Source of the DNA: a virus
IMG/VR virus record: IMGVR_UViG_3300045988_025728
Location: 1-17,358 of that record
Length of the DNA: 17,358 bases
Strand: one strand, 5' to 3'
Each line of letters opens with the position of its first letter. Positions within the stretch are counted from its first letter, which is position 1. Shown piece after piece: positions 5,116 through 12,019 of this stretch. The notes beneath the pieces were generated by a model. That model searched no databases. It was not told where the DNA came from and saw nothing but the letters and a program-made list of their open reading frames with translations. Position numbers and translations under genes: made by a program.

Positions 5116-5124
5116 TGATATAAT
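5116..5124 (+). promoter_or_regulatory. Candidate extended -10 late promoter (TGATATAAT)
   Basis: TG-n-TATAAT lies just after the terminator and about 40 nt upstream of the scaffold gene (SD GAAGGGAG, ATG 5163). Confidence 0.55.
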
Positions 5125-5162
5125 TTTGATGGAAACATTACCAATATGAAGGGAGCTTTTGT

Positions 5163-5447
5163 ATGGCAGACCCGAATAATGACGGCGAGGAAAACACTAC
5201 CCCACCGCCAACCGAAGAGGAACGGCAGACCCAGACCGTAGATGATGAGGTCAAGCCGAAAGAACCGGAACCGGAACCGAAGCAGGAACCGGACGTTTCC
5301 GCGCGACTTGACAGCATCGAAAAGGAATTGGCTACATTGAAGGCCATGATGGACACGCTCGGCTACAATGACCCCGCACCATCCGACAATGATAACGACG
5401 GCGACGGCGACGGCGACGGCGATTCCATCGAAGATTTGTTCAGCTAA
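5163..5447 (+). CDS. Putative scaffolding protein (94 aa, highly acidic)
   Basis: It lies directly upstream of the major capsid gene, as phi29 gp7 (about 98 aa) does. It has an acidic, Pro/Glu-rich N-terminus, a central helical segment (ARLDSIEKELATLKAMMDTL) and a DNDNDGDGDGDGD tail. Confidence 0.6.
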   Translation: MADPNNDGEENTTPPPTEEERQTQTVDDEVKPKEPEPEPKQEPDVSARLDSIEKELATLKAMMDTLGYNDPAPSDNDNDGDGDGDGDSIEDLFS

Positions 5448-5465
5448 ACAAGAAAGGTATAAGTA

Positions 5466-7187
5466 ATGTCCAATATTCGACCATTGGCCGGTAAGGGTGA
5501 TGTTGAGATCTTCAACGCAGTCCGAAACGCAACCAGCCCCCAGTTTCAGACCCGTATTCCGAGCGCAACGCAGGGCAATATTCGCAACGCGGTAGACACT
5601 ATGCGCAATTTTCCGTATCTTCGCGACGAGTTTACGGGCGTGCTGATTCAGCGTCTTATCGGCCTGTACATTCAGCACGCTGATTGGGATGACCCGTTGA
5701 AGCTGATCGGCTCCCCACGCACACTCAAGCGCTACGGCTCCACTTATGAGCAGGCCGCAGTCGGCCTTGTCAAGGCACGCACCCGCAATTTCAACAAGGA
5801 ATACTTGGGCGATGACGTGTACGGCCGATACTCACTGCCAACCGCGTCGGTATTCCACCCGCTTACTTTTGACCATTATTATCCCGTCACTATTCCGGAA
5901 GACGCGCTGTTGACCGCTTTTGACGGCGAGTCCGGCATGAGCGACTACATTTCCGAGATCATGAACGCGCCTATCCTGAGTGATAGGAATGACATGTACT
6001 TGATGAAGACTCAGTGTTTCGCGGAGTATGCACGTAAGGGCGGCTTCTATCGAGTCCATACCCCCGACGTTGGCAAGGCGGATTCCACGGAAGTGGACGC
6101 AAAGGGATTGCTGCGCCTTATTCAACAGGTGGCGAACGAATTGAAGGCGTCCCCAATGTCGGCCATGCCGCGATATAACGCCATGAGCTGGGTGACACCG
6201 TGGCGCGATAGTGAAGCCATTCTGTTCGCTACCCCGCAGGTTATCGCCGCGTTGAACGTGGAAGCTCTCGCCGCCGCGTTTAACATCGATAAGGTCAATG
6301 TCCCATATCGTATTATCCCGGTCCCGGAAGACATGTTTGGTATTGGTGGACGGGGCGGTAAGGTGCAGGCCGTATTGACCACCGAAGACTTCTTCTTCTG
6401 CTGGGACGAGATGTTGGAAACTACTACTTCCCCCGTGAATCCGATTGACGGCACCCGCAATATCTTCTACAAGCATCGCGGTTCGATTACCCCTAATCCG
6501 TTCGCCAATGCCGTGCTGTTTTGGACGGGCGAAGGTTCCAGCGAGTCCGTGACATTGCCGGATACGCCCACCACCTCGAAGCCGGAATTTACCCTGCGCG
6601 TTATGAAGTACGGTCAACCTTCCATTACCCCCCAAAACGTGTCCCGTGGCGACTTGGTGCAGGTGAAGTCTGAAATTACGAGCGCAAATAAAGCCGAAGC
6701 ATCCTTCCAACCGGTCGGCATCACCTACGAGCTTGAGGGCGCAACCTCCCAGTTTACGACTATCGACAATGACGGTATTTTGCGTTGCGGACTGGATGAA
6801 ACCGCCGAAACCCTCAAGGTTACCGCTCAAGCAACCTATATCAACCCAGCCCACCCCGAGATCGACCAGACGGTTTCCGCCGCACTGTCCGTGCCGGTTG
6901 TCGGTGAATGGCTCGGCGGATGGAAGGTCGGAGCCATTGAATCCCTTGAAATCCAAGGCGAAAAGACGGTTAAGAATGGCGGGCATATCGCACTTAAGGC
7001 TATTGCCACCAAGACTGACGGCAACACGGCGGACGTGACCAATCTCGCCATGTGGTCGGTAGACCAGCACGCGACTATCACCCCTAACGGTGTATTGTCC
7101 GGAACCGGCGCAGGAGCAGCCAATGTTACTGCAAAATTTGCGGGAGCACAGGGAACGGCACAGATCACCGTCACCGTCACCGCCTAG
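5466..7187 (+). CDS. Major capsid protein, phi29 gp8-like, with C-terminal Ig-like (Big_2-type) domains (573 aa)
   Basis: Blocks match phi29 gp8 as recalled: EIFNAVRN/DIVNAIRN, DALLTAF/DSLKTAF, LAAAFNI/LAKAFNM, FANAVLFWTG/FANAVAFVSG. The C-terminus (..IALKAIATKTDGNTADVTNLAMWSVDQHATITPNGVLSGTGAGAANVTAKFAGAQGTAQITVTV) is a typical Big_2 repeat, and a second Ig-like segment lies upstream of it. Confidence 0.9.
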   Translation: MSNIRPLAGKGDVEIFNAVRNATSPQFQTRIPSATQGNIRNAVDTMRNFPYLRDEFTGVLIQRLIGLYIQHADWDDPLKLIGSPRTLKRYGSTYEQAAVGLVKARTRNFNKEYLGDDVYGRYSLPTASVFHPLTFDHYYPVTIPEDALLTAFDGESGMSDYISEIMNAPILSDRNDMYLMKTQCFAEYARKGGFYRVHTPDVGKADSTEVDAKGLLRLIQQVANELKASPMSAMPRYNAMSWVTPWRDSEAILFATPQVIAALNVEALAAAFNIDKVNVPYRIIPVPEDMFGIGGRGGKVQAVLTTEDFFFCWDEMLETTTSPVNPIDGTRNIFYKHRGSITPNPFANAVLFWTGEGSSESVTLPDTPTTSKPEFTLRVMKYGQPSITPQNVSRGDLVQVKSEITSANKAEASFQPVGITYELEGATSQFTTIDNDGILRCGLDETAETLKVTAQATYINPAHPEIDQTVSAALSVPVVGEWLGGWKVGAIESLEIQGEKTVKNGGHIALKAIATKTDGNTADVTNLAMWSVDQHATITPNGVLSGTGAGAANVTAKFAGAQGTAQITVTVTA

Positions 7188-7207
7188 TAATGGACGTTGA
7201 CTAGTAG

Positions 7208-7246
7208 AATAGGTGCGAGAAGATAATTCTCGCACCTATTATTTTT
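7208..7246 (+). terminator. Rho-independent terminator fused to the next gene's RBS
   Basis: Perfect 14-bp stem AATAGGTGCGAGAA/TTCTCGCACCTATT with loop GATAA and a T5 run (7242-7246). The run leads directly into AGGAGG (7247-7252) and ATG 7258. Confidence 0.85.
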
Positions 7247-7257
7247 AGGAGGACTTT

Positions 7258-9492
7258 ATGAGCGCAAACGATCTGCCCATCAATTTCAGTTACGCGAAAT
7301 GGACGCCAAACACACGTTTCAAGCTCTGCAATGTTCCGTGGGACATGGGCTATAGGGATATTGTCAAATGGGATAAAAACGCTCAGCAAGAGTATTTCAA
7401 CCGGCTGGACGGTATCGAATTTACGAATTGCACCATGTCAAAATATGGGTTGCCGGTGCGGTTGCCCATCCCGTTTGCTCAAGCGTGCCAATACAATTAT
7501 CTGATCGCTACGAACGACTATGATTTCGATACCCCCCGTAGTTGGTATTATTTCATTCAGACATGCGATTATGTTAACGCCAACACCACACAGTTGAATA
7601 TTCAGTTGGACGTGTGGCAGAGCTTCCAACATGATATTCAGCTTGGCAACGCCTACGTAGAAAGGGGACATGTGGGGGTTGCGAACGAAAACGCTTGGAA
7701 GGACTGGGGTAAAACCTATTTGGATCTGCCTGAAGGACTCGACACCGGCAAATGCACCGTGCTCACGAATGAGTCATGGCACCCATTAATGGGGGCTAAA
7801 TCAAACTCGGAATATTCCTACGGCATTATCATTGCCACCACCGTGAAGCTAGAAGCCGACGCCGGGAGTAAAGATAACCCTACTATTCAGAGCGCTACCG
7901 GAAGTACGTTTGAAAACCAGATGAACGGTACGGAACTGTACTATTTGGACAATACGTCCGATATTTTTAGATTTTTCGGGGCAGGGTCTACGAAACCGTG
8001 GGCTACACAAGGCATATGCGGGATTTACATGGTGCCGACCATTCCAACGAAAATGCTTGAAAATCATGCCGCCAAAAATCCGAAACTGTTCGGACAGGAT
8101 GTGCAATGGTCGGGGTCATGCTGGCTTTTGACGGGTAACGTTGCAAATTCTTCCGATAGGTATGAAGATATTATCGATATTAAGAATTTTCGTGACGCAT
8201 TCCAGATCCCCGCACGGTACAGGTATTTGAAGAAGTTCCTTACCGCCCCCTATGCTTATATCGAATGTTCATGCCTTAACGGGACCGTGATCACGTATGA
8301 GCCTGAGCAGATCCCCTCCGCTGATCTGATTATCCGCGAGTCATGGAATTACGCGCCACCATCCCCCCGCCTGAACTTCTACGCACGCGGCTACCATGCC
8401 GGAAACTTGGGCGAACGTCAGCCATTGCCGAATGGACTCGGTTTGCCTATCGATACGGGCGAAATGCTCAACGCATCCTTTGGTATCACCAATTTCCCTA
8501 CATTCATGGCCGTGAATAACGGTAGTGCCCTCGCTCTCGCCAACAGCGCGTACACGCGCCAATACGCCCAGCAAAGCGCTGACTGGGGGTATCAGAAAAC
8601 CCAAATGGGCATCAACAACGCTTACGCGCAGGCCCAGCTCGGCACCCAATACGCAAGTGCGCAAAACCGGCTCGGCACGTCCAACCGGAACGCCATGAAC
8701 GCGATCAGCAACCAGTCTGCGCAGATGGGTACCGACCTGACCTTGAAGAATCTTGGATTCAACAATCAAATGGCACAGCTTAATACGGTCGGAAGTGGTG
8801 TGGCGAACGCGGTCGGTTCAGCCGTCACCGGCAATATCGGAGGTGTGGCCGGTGCCATAGCGGGCACCGCGATAGGCGCATGGACGAACCAGCAAACCTA
8901 CAATAATAACGTGGGTACGGCCAATCAGCAGCTTGCGAACACGCAGACCACCAACAACGCCAGCACCTCACAGGCCAACGCCTACAGTCTCGCGCAAACC
9001 AATCTGTCCAACCAGCAGACCATGCAGTTTGCCGATATGAACAAACAGCTTGCGCAGGCGACGGCACAGGGGGATTACGAGAACACGATCGCCGGTATCA
9101 ACGCGCAGGTGCAGCAGACCCAGACCGTACCGCCCACCACGTCCGGCGCCTTGGGCGGTGACGCTTTCAACCTTGCAAACGGATTGATCGGTGTCATGGT
9201 CCGTTTCCGCCAGATTCCACCGGCCGCCATGCAAACCATCGGGGAAGTATGGCTAAGGTACGGCTACTATGTGCAACGGTTCATGAAACTTCCTGAAAAT
9301 CTTATGGCAATGAGCAATTTTACCTATTGGAAACTGCATGAATTGTATGTGCGTAGTTCGACGTGCCCAGAAGAATACCGTCTGACCGTCAAGGGCATTT
9401 TTGAAAGTGGCGTGACCGTGTGGACTGACCCCGACAAGATCGGCGTCACCGATTACGCGGACAATACGCCACTAGCCGGTATCGCATACTAA
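7258..9492 (+). CDS. Tail knob / distal tube protein, phi29 gp9-like (744 aa)
   Basis: N-terminal WYYFIQTCDYVNANTTQLNIQLDVWQSFQHDIQLGNAYVERGHV matches phi29 gp9 [45 protein letters not shown]. C-terminal LRYGYYVQR...GVTVWTDPDKIG matches HKYGYKINR...GITLWHTDNIG. An internal Gly/Ala hydrophobic segment (VGSGVANAVGSAVTGNIGGVAGAIAGTAIGAW) matches the gp9 membrane-active loop. Confidence 0.9.
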   Translation: MSANDLPINFSYAKWTPNTRFKLCNVPWDMGYRDIVKWDKNAQQEYFNRLDGIEFTNCTMSKYGLPVRLPIPFAQACQYNYLIATNDYDFDTPRSWYYFIQTCDYVNANTTQLNIQLDVWQSFQHDIQLGNAYVERGHVGVANENAWKDWGKTYLDLPEGLDTGKCTVLTNESWHPLMGAKSNSEYSYGIIIATTVKLEADAGSKDNPTIQSATGSTFENQMNGTELYYLDNTSDIFRFFGAGSTKPWATQGICGIYMVPTIPTKMLENHAAKNPKLFGQDVQWSGSCWLLTGNVANSSDRYEDIIDIKNFRDAFQIPARYRYLKKFLTAPYAYIECSCLNGTVITYEPEQIPSADLIIRESWNYAPPSPRLNFYARGYHAGNLGERQPLPNGLGLPIDTGEMLNASFGITNFPTFMAVNNGSALALANSAYTRQYAQQSADWGYQKTQMGINNAYAQAQLGTQYASAQNRLGTSNRNAMNAISNQSAQMGTDLTLKNLGFNNQMAQLNTVGSGVANAVGSAVTGNIGGVAGAIAGTAIGAWTNQQTYNNNVGTANQQLANTQTTNNASTSQANAYSLAQTNLSNQQTMQFADMNKQLAQATAQGDYENTIAGINAQVQQTQTVPPTTSGALGGDAFNLANGLIGVMVRFRQIPPAAMQTIGEVWLRYGYYVQRFMKLPENLMAMSNFTYWKLHELYVRSSTCPEEYRLTVKGIFESGVTVWTDPDKIGVTDYADNTPLAGIAY

Positions 9493-9499
9493 AGGGTAT

Positions 9500-9537
9500 A
9501 ATGGAGAGAGCATATTAAACTCTCTCCATTATTTTTT
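9500..9537 (+). terminator. Rho-independent terminator fused to the next gene's RBS
   Basis: Perfect 11-bp stem AATGGAGAGAG/CTCTCTCCATT with a 9-nt loop and a T6 run (9532-9537), followed by AGGA and the portal start. Confidence 0.85.
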
Positions 9538-9549
9538 AGGACGGTGACC

Positions 9550-10488
9550 ATGGGTAAACGCAACAACGCGCGCAAGGCCGCACACTGGGACAATCAGAGC
9601 ATTTTAGGCTCAATGTGGGGCAATCTTAATCTGCCTGAAATGCGGCAGAGTCTCCGAATCAACCAGTATATGAAATTGATCGAAATGTTGGCGGTAAGTC
9701 GCTTTAAATGGATTAATCTACCCCCATATATTGATGAACGTTATCTAGAATTGACGCTTTTTGAAAACGGCCTAGCTCTCTTTTTCCCCGACAAACGCAA
9801 GGGCGTGAACCGTTTTATGGTCACGTCCGGCAATATCGGCGGCGTCAACAATTACAACAATCCGACCAGCTTTCAACCCGTCGCAACCGGCTACTCGCAC
9901 CCGCAGATCGGAAGCAAGGAATGCGTACCCATTTGGGACAATCAGCTTCGTTGCACAATGATTGACGTTATGTGGAATTACGCCACGCGATTGGCTATCG
10001 CAGACCGCGCGTTGGACGTGAATTTGGACAACATTAGCGTTCCACTGATTATCGCCACGTCCGAAACCAACAAATTGACCGCGCAAAATTTGATGAAGGC
10101 TCGTGAGGACGGCGATCCCTATATTTACGCCTACGATTCGGCGGACATTACAGGCATGTTCCAAACATTCCCCAACGTCACCCCTTTTCTTGCTGACAAG
10201 ATCATCACCACGAAAACCCAGATATGGAACGAACTCGTAAACTACTTGGGTATCGACAACAGCGCCACCGAGAAGAAGGAGCGGTTGCTTGAATCGGAAG
10301 TGACGGCAGGAAACTCGCGTACAAACGTGTTCCGCCTGAGCTACCTGAAATCACGTCAACAGGCGTGCGATACGATCAACCGACTGTGGCCGCAAATGGC
10401 CGACTCGGGATATCCCATCGGCATCGAATGGAACGACACCACGTCCGGTGGTCTATTGGATGTGGAAGGCAACAGGGAGGAAGAATAA
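9550..10488 (+). CDS. Portal / upper collar connector protein, phi29 gp10-like (312 aa)
   Basis: FKWINLPPYIDERYLE matches phi29 FEWENLPPTINPSFLE, KKERLLESEV matches KKERMVTDEV, and LKSRQQACDTINRLW matches LKSREEACEKINELY. ATG 9550 was preferred over GTG 9544 on SD spacing. Confidence 0.92.
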   Translation: MGKRNNARKAAHWDNQSILGSMWGNLNLPEMRQSLRINQYMKLIEMLAVSRFKWINLPPYIDERYLELTLFENGLALFFPDKRKGVNRFMVTSGNIGGVNNYNNPTSFQPVATGYSHPQIGSKECVPIWDNQLRCTMIDVMWNYATRLAIADRALDVNLDNISVPLIIATSETNKLTAQNLMKAREDGDPYIYAYDSADITGMFQTFPNVTPFLADKIITTKTQIWNELVNYLGIDNSATEKKERLLESEVTAGNSRTNVFRLSYLKSRQQACDTINRLWPQMADSGYPIGIEWNDTTSGGLLDVEGNREEE

Positions 10489-11300
10489 TGGTGCAAGACT
10501 TGAGCATGTATGCCATCAAAGACAGCATGGCCGACTACACTTTGACGCTCGGCAATCTGATAGACCGTGGCTTCGATACGGACGAAAAATTGCATTTATC
10601 CTCGCAATATTATCCGATTTTCGACGAAAACTATAGGGCGAAATTGAACGATAAAATCGTAGCACACTACGCACTAAGGGAAATCGGTTCGGAAACGCCG
10701 CAAATGTTCATATTTTATTTGGGGCGTACCATGCGCGAGCAGATGGACTATTACAATCAGCTCTATTTGTCTGCGCAACGCAAGTTCGACCCGTTCATAA
10801 CATCCGACATCCGACAGGAAATGGACTCAACCAGCACGAATGAATCTTCGGGAAAATCTTCGGGCACGCAGTCGAACGAATCCACGGCAACCAGTGCGTC
10901 CGACACTACCGCCGACAATTCGTCCATGACGTTCAACAGCGAGTTTCCGCAGACCCGTATAGAAGATTTCAAGCAGTTCGCCACCAGCGCATCACAGACG
11001 GATTCATTGGGCAACACACATACGGCAACCCAGCAGGACAGTACGGCCACCGCAACCAGCACCAGCAACACGGATTACGCACACTCCTCGGACAGGGGAA
11101 ACAGCACGTCGCACACGCTCGGCACCAGCGGTTCACAATCCCAACTGTTGCTGGACTGGCGTAGTACCATGCTTAACATTGACATGATGGTAATCAACTC
11201 TTTGGAAGACTTGTTTATGGGCATGTGGGGCAGTGGGGATAATATGACCAACGTCCCACAATTGTATTCCACGTCTCTCGCCTATAATTTGGGCCATTAG
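10488..11300 (+). CDS. Lower collar protein, phi29 gp11-like (270 aa)
   Basis: ATG overlaps the portal stop (TAATG) and is preceded by AGGGAGGAAG. The N-terminal motif YPIFDENYRAKLNDKIVAHYALREIGSETPQMF is characteristic of picovirus lower collar proteins. The position follows the portal as in phi29. The central region is Ser/Thr-rich and low in complexity. Confidence 0.8.
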   Translation: MVQDLSMYAIKDSMADYTLTLGNLIDRGFDTDEKLHLSSQYYPIFDENYRAKLNDKIVAHYALREIGSETPQMFIFYLGRTMREQMDYYNQLYLSAQRKFDPFITSDIRQEMDSTSTNESSGKSSGTQSNESTATSASDTTADNSSMTFNSEFPQTRIEDFKQFATSASQTDSLGNTHTATQQDSTATATSTSNTDYAHSSDRGNSTSHTLGTSGSQSQLLLDWRSTMLNIDMMVINSLEDLFMGMWGSGDNMTNVPQLYSTSLAYNLGH

Positions 11301-11334
11301 AGTATACTTGACTTGAGACAGATTGGAGGATTTT

Positions 11335-11862
11335 ATGGACGGAATCAACATGTGCGCCGCGCCATTGGATATCGACCCGCGACAGCGGTATTTCACGACG
11401 GTTCAGCCGTTTTCGTACCGCGATACCTTGACAGTGCTCGGATACGTGCAGGAGGTGGCCGAACATCTCGACCAGCTCAGGGAACAGCTTGACAATCTCG
11501 CCAAAGACGAAAACGCCGACATCGAGGCAATCAACAAAGTCCTCTCCGAGATCGCAGTATGGCAAACCTCAATCGATGCGGCACTGGATGATCTCGCAAA
11601 AAAGGTGGACCAGTATCAGTCTTCAGCGCTCACCTATAATCCGACCACCGGACGCTACGAGGACTCGAAAAACACTAATCGTGACATGTACCGCGAACTA
11701 GCCGTATTCGGTGCGCGAGTTAGCCAGATGGCAACCATGACCACAGCACAGGCCGCGCAACACGATTGCATCACATGGGCCGTATTAGGCAATCGAGAGA
11801 TTTTCGGCAATACGGATCCGCGAGTCACCCCACGAGAAAGAGCGAACAACAATGTACAATGA
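11335..11862 (+). CDS. Hypothetical structural protein (175 aa), coiled-coil; possible neck/appendage component
   Basis: ATG 11335 follows GGAGGA (11325-11330). A central heptad-like segment (VQEVAEHLDQLREQLDNLAKDENADIEAINKVLSEI...LDDLAKKVDQY) is present. It lies between the collar and appendage genes. No family was recognised. Confidence 0.6.
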   Translation: MDGINMCAAPLDIDPRQRYFTTVQPFSYRDTLTVLGYVQEVAEHLDQLREQLDNLAKDENADIEAINKVLSEIAVWQTSIDAALDDLAKKVDQYQSSALTYNPTTGRYEDSKNTNRDMYRELAVFGARVSQMATMTTAQAAQHDCITWAVLGNREIFGNTDPRVTPRERANNNVQ

Positions 11863-12019
11863 CGCATACAAGAGGACACGACACCTCGCACTACCCCTTT
11901 ATACGGACGGTACGCCCATGGACCTGCGAGACGGATACAATGAGGCCATGAGGGCGCTAGACCAAAAAATCCACCAACTGGAAACCCTCATCCGAGAGAC
12001 CAAAGGAGCCAACCAATGA
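11852..12019 (+). CDS. Hidden 55-aa ORF carrying an appendage N-terminal anchor-like motif
   Basis: My translation is MYNDAYKRTRHLALPLYTDGTPMDLRDGYNEAMRALDQKIHQLETLIRETKGANQ. The start overlaps the upstream gene's end, and the stop overlaps the next start (ATGA at 12016-12019). It shares L-x-LY-x-D-x-x-P-x-DLRDGYN-x-x-M-x-x-(L/I)D with the N-terminus of the 500-aa protein. It is below the ORF-track size cut-off and has a weak SD. Confidence 0.45.
   Translation: MYNDAYKRTRHLALPLYTDGTPMDLRDGYNEAMRALDQKIHQLETLIRETKGANQ

Noticed and set aside
4821-5123. 100-aa + strand ORF and 64-aa minus-strand ORF (4903-5097) across the non-coding gap
   Set aside because: The + ORF starts inside the polymerase gene in another frame, has no SD, and reads through the terminator hairpin. 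The minus ORF likewise has no RBS. The dense complementary helices in the region are better explained by a structured RNA.
5094-5678. 194-aa minus-strand ORF covering the scaffold gene and the capsid gene start
   Set aside because: It is an in-register antisense shadow of two + strand genes. It runs through the late promoter and into the terminator, and has no start context.
5832-7235. 467-aa ORF on the minus strand, antisense to the major capsid gene
   Set aside because: Its codons are in register with the sense codons (both frames are congruent modulo 3). It stays open simply because the capsid gene avoids TTA/CTA/TCA codons. It has no RBS, and the product is Arg/Gly-rich and low in complexity. 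The sense strand has clear gp8 homology.
9497-9502. TATAAT box right after the tail knob stop, as another promoter
   Set aside because: There is no TG extension or -35. The box overlaps the 5' arm of a canonical terminator, so a transcript starting about 7 nt downstream would begin inside the stem. It is more likely an accidental consequence of AT-rich intergenic sequence. The TATAAT occurrences inside coding sequence at 11284-11289 and 11635-11640 were also not called.
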